Virus record (IMG/VR): IMGVR_UViG_3300032224_001146
Span: 1-64,000 of that record
Strand: one strand, 5' to 3'
Source: a virus
DNA: 64,000 bases
Shown here: positions 4,929 through 14,168 of the stretch, piece by piece
Layout of the letters: every line of letters starts with the position of its first letter
Numbering within the stretch: position 1 is the first letter of the stretch
Notes under the pieces: generated by a model
What the model saw: the letters and a program-made list of their open reading frames with translations, nothing else
What the model was told of the DNA's origin: nothing
Databases searched by the model: none
Translations under genes and position numbers: made by a program

Positions 4929-5118
4929 TTCCTGCTAATGATGGATTAGGTCCTAAAATTTGTCCCGCCGCATGCATGTTGACCACATTCTGCACAAGCT
5001 CAGCATTTTCTGTAATGCCTGTTGCAATGATGGTCAAGATATCATAAATGCGGGCTAGTTGGATATATGTAGCCATGGCTACGTTATCTTCAATGTTGTT
5101 ATTTACTTCTTCTGACAT
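4897..5118 (-). CDS. hypothetical protein (73 aa)
   Basis: start MSEEV after AAGAGG. Confidence 0.65.
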   Translation of the reverse strand: MSEEVNNNIEDNVAMATYIQLARIYDILTIIATGITENAELVQNVVNMHAAGQILGPNPSLAGNAPEDDNIKP

Positions 5119-5369
5119 TTCTCGCCTCTTCATAATATTTACGTAAATGTCCCCGCACATGTTTATGTGAGGACAAATGCTTTCTGATCTTCTTATTATA
5201 GCAAATGGATTGATTAATGGAAAGTGCTTCTACGCCGCCGAGCACTTTTTTTCGCACTAATTTAGGCCCATATAATTATTGTGAAATAAATGTTTCGTGT
5301 ATATAAAATGTGGTGGCAGTAATCATGTTAGCTGGCTCCTTTTCCGTCTGTTATTATTATACCGTAGGA

Positions 5370-5630
5370 TTATGCCTTACGGGGAGTTTTTTGAGCAAGA
5401 TCTAAAACCTGAGCTACAAATTCTGGTGTATCTACGTACATATTTAAAATTTTCCACTCATGACATCTAGCAACATTTAAGCCCCTTGGCTTAATGTCAG
5501 GGCAACCCTGATAAATTTGACCAGTCTCTTGATCAATCAGTAACCATTTTTGTGGAGCTTTAGTTTTTACTGCTAATGCAATTGTTTCTTCAAGTTCTTC
5601 AACTTCTCGCCCGTCAATTAACTTTCTCAT
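5370..5630 (-). CDS. hypothetical protein (86 aa)
   Basis: ORF track; ATGA overlap. Confidence 0.7.
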   Translation of the reverse strand: MRKLIDGREVEELEETIALAVKTKAPQKWLLIDQETGQIYQGCPDIKPRGLNVARCHEWKILNMYVDTPEFVAQVLDLAQKTPRKA

Positions 5631-5824
5631 GCCATCCCATGTTTCTCAAGATACTTTACCAGTTTATCGTAAAGTTCTAAACCTACAAAATTTTTGTATC
5701 CACAATCTAAGCAATATAAATATAGCTCATCGTCTAAAGTTAAATTAGGCATTAACATTACCTGATCCATTGGACAAATCAGCGGGGGAACTTTTGATTC
5801 CCCCGCCAACTCTTGATAAGCCAC
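5627..5824 (-). CDS. Zn-ribbon protein
   Basis: CPMD...CLDCGY. Confidence 0.65.
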   Translation of the reverse strand: MAYQELAGESKVPPLICPMDQVMLMPNLTLDDELYLYCLDCGYKNFVGLELYDKLVKYLEKHGMA

Positions 5825-5851
5825 GATTACTTGTGTTTTAATTTACTGTCC

Positions 5852-6406
5852 CTATGCTTTCTGCATTGTTAAACACTTTGTGGGAAACTCCTCTAGGAAT
5901 TTCTTATATCTTACAGTTCCATAACTTGACCAAGAACTCCAGTCCTTGCCCCCGTTACTCATTCTATAAACGACATCTGCGTTTAAAATGGGGTTGAATA
6001 ATTTTGAATCGGAAGTGAGATTATATTTATCTCTTCTTTCCACTCCAAGATAACCAAGCATATTTACTTGGAAGATCCCATATGAGTGATCCCCTGTTCG
6101 TTTGTTTCCATTAAAAGCAAGCGGTCTTCCGTTAGACTCTGTCTTAGACACAGCCCACGCCTTTCTTAGAGCAAGATTGTTAAATCCAGCAATGCTTAAA
6201 ACTTCTACAAGTTGACAGTCACTTAATTCAGTTGCCTTACTATAAGTTTCTATCTTTTGTGCCATAAGAGCCGCAGCGTTTGGCTGGACAATTAAGGCAT
6301 TTGCAGGAACGGTTGTGTGTGTTACAAAAATAGCTGCTACCGCAAACATTACGAATATGGTAGAATTACTAAGTAACTCATAAAAACGTTTCATACTTTT
6401 CTCCAT
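5852..6406 (-). CDS. secreted lysozyme-like lytic transglycosylase (SLT fold)
   Basis: N-terminal hydrophobic/signal segment; catalytic ES (KTESNG), SYGIFQVN, LFNPILNA, DWSSW; AGGAGG RBS. Confidence 0.85.
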   Translation of the reverse strand: MEKSMKRFYELLSNSTIFVMFAVAAIFVTHTTVPANALIVQPNAAALMAQKIETYSKATELSDCQLVEVLSIAGFNNLALRKAWAVSKTESNGRPLAFNGNKRTGDHSYGIFQVNMLGYLGVERRDKYNLTSDSKLFNPILNADVVYRMSNGGKDWSSWSSYGTVRYKKFLEEFPTKCLTMQKA

Positions 6407-6490
6407 TGGCAAAACCTCCTTTAGAGACAGTGAATATAATCTTAACATTGATAGAACAACCCTGTCAAGTCAGTCAACTAGAAAGTAATC

Positions 6491-7483
6491 ATGAATATTT
6501 CTTATTACACAGTAAAAGCGGGATTAAATCCTGCTGTTGGCTTCGGATATGCAGGTCAAAATATAGTTAGATCATTACAAGAATTGGGACATAATGTAAC
6601 TTATGCAAACCCTAAAGCTGACATTCAACTAAATTTTACACAACCAGATAATTTTAAGTTTCATAAAGGTCAATATCAAATTGGTTATACTCCATGGGAA
6701 TCAACTCATATTGCAAAAGATTGGGTTGAAAAATTTAATGCATGTGATGAAGTTTGGGCAACTTCTAAATGGACTGCGGATGTTTTTGAAAATGCAGGTA
6801 TTGACAAAAAAGTTAAAATATACATGCATGGAATTGAAGACATTTGGAAACCAAAAAAAAGAATCCAAAGGGATGTTATTAGATTTTTACATGTTGGAGA
6901 ACCTTCACCAAGAAAAGGTGGACAACAAGTTGTAGATACTTTTATTAAGTTATTTGGAAATAATCTAGATTATCATTTAACTATCAAGTGCCATCTTAAT
7001 AATACTATTAGAGTATATAATAAATATAATATATTATCTTTACCTAATATATATAATAATATATCAATTATAACAGATGAATATGAACCTTGTCAACTGG
7101 TAAATCTTTTTCACTCTCATGATATACTTTTGTATCCAAGTTGGGGAGAAGGTTTTGGTTTTATCCCGCTTCAAGGTTTAGCAACTGGCATGCCAGTAAT
7201 TTCAACTTATGATTGGGCCCCATACAAACAATTCCTTGGACCATTAAAGTTAAAGTCTAAACTTTCTAGTGAGACTTTACCAAAATCACTTGGTCACACT
7301 TATGTTGGAGAAATGTACAAACCAGATCAAGAACATCTTGAGTCTCTTATGTATGACGCAGTTATAAATTTTAAAATGTATTCTGATTTTTATTTTGCTC
7401 AGTCAACTAGAATACATGAACAATATAACTGGTTACAGTTGACTAAGAATGCTTTTGCAGATTTAGAAAAAAAATTTTCTTAG
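6491..7483 (+). CDS. glycosyltransferase family 4 (GT-B)
   Basis: YTPWES, RKGG, LYPSWGEGFGFIPLQGLATGMPVIST motifs. Confidence 0.9.
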   Translation: MNISYYTVKAGLNPAVGFGYAGQNIVRSLQELGHNVTYANPKADIQLNFTQPDNFKFHKGQYQIGYTPWESTHIAKDWVEKFNACDEVWATSKWTADVFENAGIDKKVKIYMHGIEDIWKPKKRIQRDVIRFLHVGEPSPRKGGQQVVDTFIKLFGNNLDYHLTIKCHLNNTIRVYNKYNILSLPNIYNNISIITDEYEPCQLVNLFHSHDILLYPSWGEGFGFIPLQGLATGMPVISTYDWAPYKQFLGPLKLKSKLSSETLPKSLGHTYVGEMYKPDQEHLESLMYDAVINFKMYSDFYFAQSTRIHEQYNWLQLTKNAFADLEKKFS

Positions 7484-7486
7484 ACC

Positions 7487-7515
7487 TTGCCTCTATAAAA
7501 AGTTTTAGGTATACT
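7487..7515 (+). promoter_or_regulatory. sigmaA-type promoter for nrdJ
   Basis: TTGCCT-N17-TATACT. Confidence 0.65.
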
Positions 7516-7567
7516 TAGACTTCAACTAAAAATAATATTAACCTGTATGGTGGAAGAGAGTTTATAA

Positions 7568-9502
7568 ATGTCACAAACAATTGCTAACCCTTATGAGAAC
7601 TTTATTGCTCTGTCTCGTTATGCGAGATGGCTGCAAGAAGAAAATCGTCGTGAGACATGGGGAGAAACGGTTGATAGATATTTTGCTTTCATGCTTGATC
7701 ACTTAAAGGAAAATAATTTATACACACCAGACCCAAAGCTTGTTGAAGAGTTAAGATCTGCAGTATTTAACAGAAGCGTTATGCCATCAATGCGTTCTGT
7801 AATGACTGCAGGTGCAGCTCTTGACAGAGACCATGTAGCAGGATATAACTGTTCATTCGTTCCAGTTGATTCACCAAGATCATTTGACGAAACTATGTAT
7901 ATCCTTATGTGTGGTACAGGTGTTGGATTCTCTGTTGAATATAAGTATGTTAATAAACTTCCTTCCGTCCCAGAGTCACTTGAAAAGTCTGACACAGTTA
8001 TTGTTGTAGAAGATTCAAAGCAAGGTTGGGCAAAAGCATACCGTGAACTTCTAGCATTGCTTTGGACAGGACACATTCCAGCAATTGATGTTTCAAAAGT
8101 TCGCCCATCAGGTGCACGTCTTAAGACAATGGGTGGACGTTCATCAGGACCACAACCACTTGTAAATCTTTTTGATTTTACAGTTGCAAAGTTTAAAAAC
8201 GCAACTGGTCGTCAACTAAAACCAATTGAAGCACATGACATTATGTGCAAGATTGGTGAAGTAGTAGTTGTTGGTGGAGTTCGTCGTTCTGCTATGATTT
8301 CACTTTCAAACATTAACGACCTAGAAATGGCACAAGCAAAATCTGGTAACTGGTGGGAAAACAATACACAACGTGCACTTTCAAATAACTCTGTTGCTTA
8401 TTCTCGCAAACCAGCAATGGAACAATTTATTGCAGAATGGAAATCTTTATATGATTCAAAATCAGGCGAACGTGGAATTTACAATGTGGCAGCAGCCCAA
8501 AAGCAAGCAGCCAAGTATGGTCTTCGTGATTCAGAAGTTCATTACGGAACAAATCCTTGCTCGGAAATCATTCTCCGTCCTTATCAGTTTTGTAATCTTT
8601 CAGAAGTCGTATTACGTGAAAAAGATACAGTTGAAGATGTTGCCAATAAAGTACGTTTGGCAACAATTCTTGGAACATGGCAATCTACGCTAACTGACTT
8701 TAAGTATCTTCGTAAAATTTGGAAAGACAACACAGAAGAAGAACGCCTGCTTGGAGTTTCTTTGACTGGACAGTTTGGACACAAGTTTTTTTCAGGCAAG
8801 CAGGGTCTTGCAAAGTTAGAAGAAGCATTAAATGGCCTTCGTGAATATGCAAGAGATGTTAATACTAAAGAAGCTGGGAAAATTGGGATTCCCGTTTCTG
8901 CCGCAATTACTTGCGTAAAGCCTTCAGGCACTGTATCTCAATTGGTCGGGGTATCTTCAGGAATGCATCCATGGCATTCACAATATTACACACGTACAGT
9001 ACGTGGGGACAAGAAAGATCCACTTTCAACATTCCTTAAAGAAGTTGGAATTCCAGTGGAAGATGATGTCATGAAGCCAGATGACACATATGTATTTTCA
9101 TTTCCAGTAAAGGCACCAGAAGGTGCAATCCTTAGAAATGATTTAACTGCTTTAGAGCATCTTGAAACATGGTTGGTTTATCAACGTGCTTGGTGTGAAC
9201 ACAAGCCATCAATTACAGTTTCTGTAAAAGAAGATGAGTGGATGGAAGTAGGAGCTTGGGTATACAAGCACTTTGATGAAGTATCAGGAATATCTTTCCT
9301 TCCTCATTCAGATCACACATACAAGCAAGCTCCATATCAGGAGACAACAAAAGAAGAATATATGGCACTTGTAGAAAAGATGCCTAAGACTATTCGCTGG
9401 GAAGATCTTTCTTTCTATGAGACAGAAGATGGAACTAGCGGAACACAAACACTCGCCTGTACTTCTGACGGGAATTGTGAGATTGTAGATATTTCTGCCT
9501 AG
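7568..9502 (+). CDS. nrdJ: class II (adenosylcobalamin-dependent) ribonucleotide reductase
   Basis: YNC, GGVRRSA, GTNPCSEI, TCVKPSGTVS, C-terminal Cys pair (ACTSDGNCE); no small subunit adjacent. Confidence 0.93.
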   Translation: MSQTIANPYENFIALSRYARWLQEENRRETWGETVDRYFAFMLDHLKENNLYTPDPKLVEELRSAVFNRSVMPSMRSVMTAGAALDRDHVAGYNCSFVPVDSPRSFDETMYILMCGTGVGFSVEYKYVNKLPSVPESLEKSDTVIVVEDSKQGWAKAYRELLALLWTGHIPAIDVSKVRPSGARLKTMGGRSSGPQPLVNLFDFTVAKFKNATGRQLKPIEAHDIMCKIGEVVVVGGVRRSAMISLSNINDLEMAQAKSGNWWENNTQRALSNNSVAYSRKPAMEQFIAEWKSLYDSKSGERGIYNVAAAQKQAAKYGLRDSEVHYGTNPCSEIILRPYQFCNLSEVVLREKDTVEDVANKVRLATILGTWQSTLTDFKYLRKIWKDNTEEERLLGVSLTGQFGHKFFSGKQGLAKLEEALNGLREYARDVNTKEAGKIGIPVSAAITCVKPSGTVSQLVGVSSGMHPWHSQYYTRTVRGDKKDPLSTFLKEVGIPVEDDVMKPDDTYVFSFPVKAPEGAILRNDLTALEHLETWLVYQRAWCEHKPSITVSVKEDEWMEVGAWVYKHFDEVSGISFLPHSDHTYKQAPYQETTKEEYMALVEKMPKTIRWEDLSFYETEDGTSGTQTLACTSDGNCEIVDISA

Positions 9503-9545
9503 TGGTAGAATATTGTTAGGGACAGAGTCCCAAAAGGAGAAATAA

Positions 9546-9731
9546 ATGAACAAGCAATTACAAGCAGCACTAGCATCTTATGCTAGAACAGCAGTATCAG
9601 CAGTACTAGCCATGTACTTGGCTGGAAATACAGACACAAAGGCTTTGGCAAGTGCAGCAATTGCATCTGTAGCTGGACCTTTGTTACGTGCATTAAATCC
9701 AAAAGACAGTGCATTTGGTATTACAAAGTAA
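9546..9731 (+). CDS. small holin-like membrane protein
   Basis: two short hydrophobic helices, PLLRALNPKD; AGGAG RBS. Confidence 0.55.
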   Translation: MNKQLQAALASYARTAVSAVLAMYLAGNTDTKALASAAIASVAGPLLRALNPKDSAFGITK

Positions 9732-9748
9732 CTAAATACTTTAGAACG

Positions 9749-9782
9749 GCCTCTATGATAAAATGAGCATAGAGGCTTTTCT
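9749..9782 (+). terminator. intrinsic terminator
   Basis: GCCTCTATG-loop-CATAGAGGC-TTTT. Confidence 0.7.
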
Positions 9783-9793
9783 ATTTATATAAG

Positions 9794-10153
9794 GTGGTAA
9801 TTGTGGCTGCAACCAAAAATTTTGATGTTGATCAAAACGCTACTTTTTCATTTCGTATAGAATATAAAGATTCTTTAGATAATCCAATTAATTTAACTGG
9901 ATCAACTGCTAAAATGCAGGTTAGAGATTTAAAGGGTGGAAAGCAATTAGTTGCTACTCTCTCAACACCACATTCAAGCGGAATTGATATTGATGGACCA
10001 AATGGTGTTGTTAATGTTACAATTCCCGCCGCTTCTACAAATAAATTTATTTATCCAAAATCAGCTTATGATCTTGTGATTACAGATACAAATGGAAACA
10101 AGATTAGATTGCTTGAAGGATTTTTAACTCTTAATAGATCGGTAACAATTTAA
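9794..10153 (+). CDS. virion protein, BppU/LtfC-like Ig domain
   Basis: DQNATF...PINLTGSTAKMQVR...YDLVITD...RLLEG pattern. Confidence 0.7.
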   Translation: MVIVAATKNFDVDQNATFSFRIEYKDSLDNPINLTGSTAKMQVRDLKGGKQLVATLSTPHSSGIDIDGPNGVVNVTIPAASTNKFIYPKSAYDLVITDTNGNKIRLLEGFLTLNRSVTI

Positions 10154-10596
10154 TGGCAGAAAAAGTAGTTGTTCATGAAACCGTAAACCAAGTAGTAGTT
10201 GGTGCCAATGGGCCACAAGGTCCAAGAGGTCGCACTATTCTTAATGGTCATGGAGTTCCAGCAGCAGGCCTTGGGTTAGCAGGAGATTTTTATTACGACA
10301 AAGATACAACCAGATTTTATGGTCCCAAAGATGTAGATAGCACATGGGCTGGTGTTACCAGTTATTTACTATATACAGAAACGGCATTAAGATACCCTTG
10401 GGAGCTTTCTCAAGTTACTGGCCCAGTAAATGGAGTATATTCTTTAAAGATAGAACACAACTTACATTTTCAGCCAAATGTTACTGTTAAATCTAGTACA
10501 GGTGACGTATTAGAGACGGGAATAGACTATAATAGTATTGATGTCTTGACATTGACAATGTCACAGGCATTTTCTGGGACAGCTTACCTGTCTTAA
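10153..10596 (+). CDS. short collagen-like virion protein
   Basis: GPQGPRG, GDFYYD, IEHNLHFQPNVTV. Confidence 0.7.
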   Translation: MAEKVVVHETVNQVVVGANGPQGPRGRTILNGHGVPAAGLGLAGDFYYDKDTTRFYGPKDVDSTWAGVTSYLLYTETALRYPWELSQVTGPVNGVYSLKIEHNLHFQPNVTVKSSTGDVLETGIDYNSIDVLTLTMSQAFSGTAYLS

Positions 10597-10611
10597 AAGG
10601 AGATAACACAG

Positions 10612-12339
10612 ATGGCAAGAAAATTTTTAGTTAGTTTAGACTTAAACAAGAATGAGTTATTGAATGCAAGAGTTCAAAACCTTCCTACAGTATCTAAGCC
10701 AGCAAGTCCTGTAACAGGTCAGATTTACTATGACACTACAGACAATTTCCTTTATTTCTGGAACGGTTCAACTTGGCTAAGAGCCTCTGGTGACTTCGGT
10801 GCCGCAGGACAAACAACAGCATTAAAATTTGGTAATACAAAATCTGATGGAATTTCTACATCAGTAGCAAGAGCAGATCACACACACTCAATCCCAGACA
10901 TTTTGGGAACATCTTCTTATGTTGGTGTTGCAAAAGATGCCACAACTGGCAATGCAACAATCTCTCTTGTTGATTCTGGCGTAACAGTTGGATCATACGG
11001 TTCAACAACAAAGATCCCAACATTTACAGTAGATGCAAAAGGTCGTTTAACTGCCGCAGGTGAAGCAAATGTTGCAACAGTCCTCAGCATTGCAGGAGAA
11101 ACTGGTACAGATACAGTAAATCTTCTTACAGACACACTAACTGTAACTGGTGATTCAGCAATTGATACAGCAGTAACAAATAATACAATTACAATTACTG
11201 CAAAAGATGCCACATCATCTCAAAAGGGTGTTGCCTCATTTGATTCAACAGACTTTACTGTAACAAGTGCAGCAGTAACATTAAATGCTGAGCGTGTACA
11301 AGATATTGTTGGCGGTTTGGTACAAAGCGGAACTGGAATTACAGCAACATACAATGATGCTGGAAATACAGAATCAATTAATATTACAAACACTGGTGTA
11401 ACAGCTGGTACATATGGTTCTGCAACAAAGACCTCAACAGTAACAGTAAATGCACAAGGACAATTAACTTCTGCAACACATCAAGATATTTCAATTCCAT
11501 CAACACAAGTAAATGACTTCCAGGAAGCCGTTGAAGATGTTGTTGGAGCAATGGTTTCAACTCCAAATACAGAAAATGGCATCGTAGTAACTTATGATGA
11601 TACAGCTGGCAAATTAAACTTTGATGTCAATGATCCAACAATTACACTTTCAGGAGATGTAACTGGTTCTGCAACAATGACAAACCTTGGTAACGTAACA
11701 ATTACCACAACAGTACAGCCAAATTCCGTAGCACTTGGAACAGATACTACTGGAGATTATGTAGCTGGAATTCAAGGTACTACAAATCAAGTTGTTGTTA
11801 CAAATTCAGGCGGAGAAGGATCAACAGTCACAGTAGGTCTACCAGACAATGTTGAGCTTGTTGGAAACCTAAGAGTTGGCGGGAATCTTAATGTTGTAGG
11901 AACAGTTAATTCTGTAAATACAACTCAAGTAAATATTGTTGATAACAAGATTAATCTTAATACCGATTTTACTGGAACTCCTACAACAGATGCTGGAATT
12001 CGTGTAGAGCGTGGAACATCTGCAGACGTAGAAGTTCTATGGAATGAAACAAATGATAACTGGACACTTACAAATGATGGCACAAACTATTATGCTATTG
12101 CAAGAAAGTTTGCAGCAGATTTATCTGCTAGTTCAAATGTAGTTGTTTCAGGAGCAGGAACAGTATTTGTAGTAACACATAATTTAAATACAAGAGATGT
12201 TCAAATTCAAGTTTACGAAGCAGCAGCAGAATGGAATAACGTTGAAGTTGATACAGAAAGAACAACTGTTAATACAACAACAATTAGATTTGGTACAGCA
12301 CCAGCAGCTGGAGCATATAGAGTCGTTATAACTGGCTAA
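10612..12339 (+). CDS. tail fibre-like structural protein (575 aa)
   Basis: GSYGS..TVDAKGRLTAA repeats, Thr-rich, C-terminal HNLNTRDV. Confidence 0.8.
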   Translation: MARKFLVSLDLNKNELLNARVQNLPTVSKPASPVTGQIYYDTTDNFLYFWNGSTWLRASGDFGAAGQTTALKFGNTKSDGISTSVARADHTHSIPDILGTSSYVGVAKDATTGNATISLVDSGVTVGSYGSTTKIPTFTVDAKGRLTAAGEANVATVLSIAGETGTDTVNLLTDTLTVTGDSAIDTAVTNNTITITAKDATSSQKGVASFDSTDFTVTSAAVTLNAERVQDIVGGLVQSGTGITATYNDAGNTESINITNTGVTAGTYGSATKTSTVTVNAQGQLTSATHQDISIPSTQVNDFQEAVEDVVGAMVSTPNTENGIVVTYDDTAGKLNFDVNDPTITLSGDVTGSATMTNLGNVTITTTVQPNSVALGTDTTGDYVAGIQGTTNQVVVTNSGGEGSTVTVGLPDNVELVGNLRVGGNLNVVGTVNSVNTTQVNIVDNKINLNTDFTGTPTTDAGIRVERGTSADVEVLWNETNDNWTLTNDGTNYYAIARKFAADLSASSNVVVSGAGTVFVVTHNLNTRDVQIQVYEAAAEWNNVEVDTERTTVNTTTIRFGTAPAAGAYRVVITG

Positions 12340-12351
12340 GGGAGATAGTAA

Positions 12352-12603
12352 GTGTCTGTAAAAAGATTAGTACCCTTAAATACAGTTGAATTAGCTAATA
12401 ACCCTGCAACAGGCCGCCGTGGTGATATCTATTACAATACCACAAGCAATGAATTAAGAGTTTACACTGGAACCGAATGGGTTGCAGTAGGTGGTGCACA
12501 AATTGGTGTACTAGAGCACATTCACACATATGATGGACCAATTGCTTCTGTTGGATCGTTTAATGTTTCATCAACAAATACAATTGACGGAGGACTTGCA
12601 TAA
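12352..12603 (+). CDS. small virion protein
   Basis: GDIYYNTTSNELRVYTGTEW motif; ends IDGG. Confidence 0.65.
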   Translation: MSVKRLVPLNTVELANNPATGRRGDIYYNTTSNELRVYTGTEWVAVGGAQIGVLEHIHTYDGPIASVGSFNVSSTNTIDGGLA

Positions 12604-14168
12604 TGGATATGACAATCCAAATTCGCAGAGGAACTTCAGTTCAATGGGCAGCTTCTACAAGAATTTTAAAAGAAGGCGAAATTGCTTTAGATACTACATT
12701 AAATAAAATTAAAGTTGGAAATGGGTCAGCAAATTGGTCATCACTTCCGTTTATAAATATATTACCATCAGAGTTAAAAGAGTTATCTCAAGATTATATT
12801 AACGATGCAATTGTTTCTGGAACACATTCTCATATTACAATCACATACGATGACGCTAATAATAAATTTAGTTTTGCAACAAATCCAGAAGTTGTTTTAT
12901 CATCTGGACTTAGTAATACATTAGGAGATTATTTAACTACATCTGCATTTAATGCACAGTTAGATTCTGCTGGTGGAACACCAACTTTAGATCAAGATTC
13001 CTATATTCGAGATGTAGAAGTTTCTCCAAGAATAGCAAGAACTGATTCTCAAACATTTACTGGAACAGTAATACTTCCTTCAACAACATCAATTGGAAAT
13101 GTTTCTTCAACTGAAATTGGATATGTTGACGGAGTAACATCAGCAATTCAAACACAATTAAATTCAAAAGCACCACTTGCTTCACCAACATTAACTGGAA
13201 CAACAAATGTAGATAACCTTACAATTGGAGGAACGTTAACATTTAATGGTACAGCAACAACAATTAATTCTACAAACCTTTCTATTGCCGATCCACTTAT
13301 TTATATGGGAACAAGTAACTCTGCAAATGCAGTAGATCTTGGAATTGTTACACACTTTAATAATGGAACATATCAACACTCTGGTTTGGTTAGAGATCAT
13401 AATGATAACAAATGGAAGTTGTTTAGCGGCATAACAGATGAACCAACAACAACAATGAATTTTGCTCAAGCAGTTTATGATACATTAAAAATTGGTGGAT
13501 TAGAAATAACTGAAACTGCAACTGGAATTACAAAAACAATGGTTGGGTTAAGCAATGTTGATAATACAAGTGATGCTAATAAACCAATATCAACAACAAC
13601 AGCATCAGCTTTAGCATTAAAAGCCCCACTTGATTCTCCAACTTTTACTGGAACTGTTATTTTGCCAACAGAAACTATATCAAATGCTGATATACACTGG
13701 GAACATTATGATACAGAATCTAATTTACCATCTGCAACATTAAAACATGGAATGTTTGCTCACGTACATGGAACAGGAGCAGCATATTATGCACACTCTG
13801 GAGCATGGTATAAATTAGCAAAACAAACAGATGTAGATTTAAAATCAAATAATTTAAACTCATATTTAACAGTTTCTGGTACATCAAAAACAATATTAAC
13901 TTCAGACCTTTATAATATTATTGAATTTACAAATGGCTCATCTATTTCAGTTGTAATACCAAATGATCCAACTGATTCTAGTTTTCCAATTGGATCTTCT
14001 TTAGAAATTAGACAAATGGGAGCAGGACAAATAACTATTTCTGCAACATCCCCTGCCACTGTAGTTTCAGCAGACAATCAATTTAAATCCAGAGTTCAAT
14101 ATTCAGCAATTAATATTGAAAAAAGAGCAAGCAATTCTTGGATATTAACTGGAGATACAACTGCATAA
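12603..14168 (+). CDS. tail fibre with Mtd-N/hyaluronidase-N-type N-terminus
   Basis: IQIRRGTSVQW...GEIALDTT..KIKVGNG..NWSSLPF; GLSNVDNTSDANKPIS; KAPLASPTLTG. Confidence 0.8.
   Translation: MDMTIQIRRGTSVQWAASTRILKEGEIALDTTLNKIKVGNGSANWSSLPFINILPSELKELSQDYINDAIVSGTHSHITITYDDANNKFSFATNPEVVLSSGLSNTLGDYLTTSAFNAQLDSAGGTPTLDQDSYIRDVEVSPRIARTDSQTFTGTVILPSTTSIGNVSSTEIGYVDGVTSAIQTQLNSKAPLASPTLTGTTNVDNLTIGGTLTFNGTATTINSTNLSIADPLIYMGTSNSANAVDLGIVTHFNNGTYQHSGLVRDHNDNKWKLFSGITDEPTTTMNFAQAVYDTLKIGGLEITETATGITKTMVGLSNVDNTSDANKPISTTTASALALKAPLDSPTFTGTVILPTETISNADIHWEHYDTESNLPSATLKHGMFAHVHGTGAAYYAHSGAWYKLAKQTDVDLKSNNLNSYLTVSGTSKTILTSDLYNIIEFTNGSSISVVIPNDPTDSSFPIGSSLEIRQMGAGQITISATSPATVVSADNQFKSRVQYSAINIEKRASNSWILTGDTTA

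Noticed and set aside
5096-5118. ATGTCAG at the start of ORF 4897..5118 as a sixth PafBC-type promoter
   Set aside because: It is the Met-Ser-Glu start; the hexamer at N10 spacing is TAACAA, not TAnnnT.
7568-9502. Intron or intein in nrdJ; NrdR boxes upstream
   Set aside because: ORF is continuous and compact with no splice motifs; no convincing NrdR box pair seen.
12603-14168. Diversity-generating retroelement suggested by the Mtd-like N-terminus
   Set aside because: No reverse transcriptase and no adenine-mismatched TR/VR pair seen; this N-terminal module is common in ordinary fibres.
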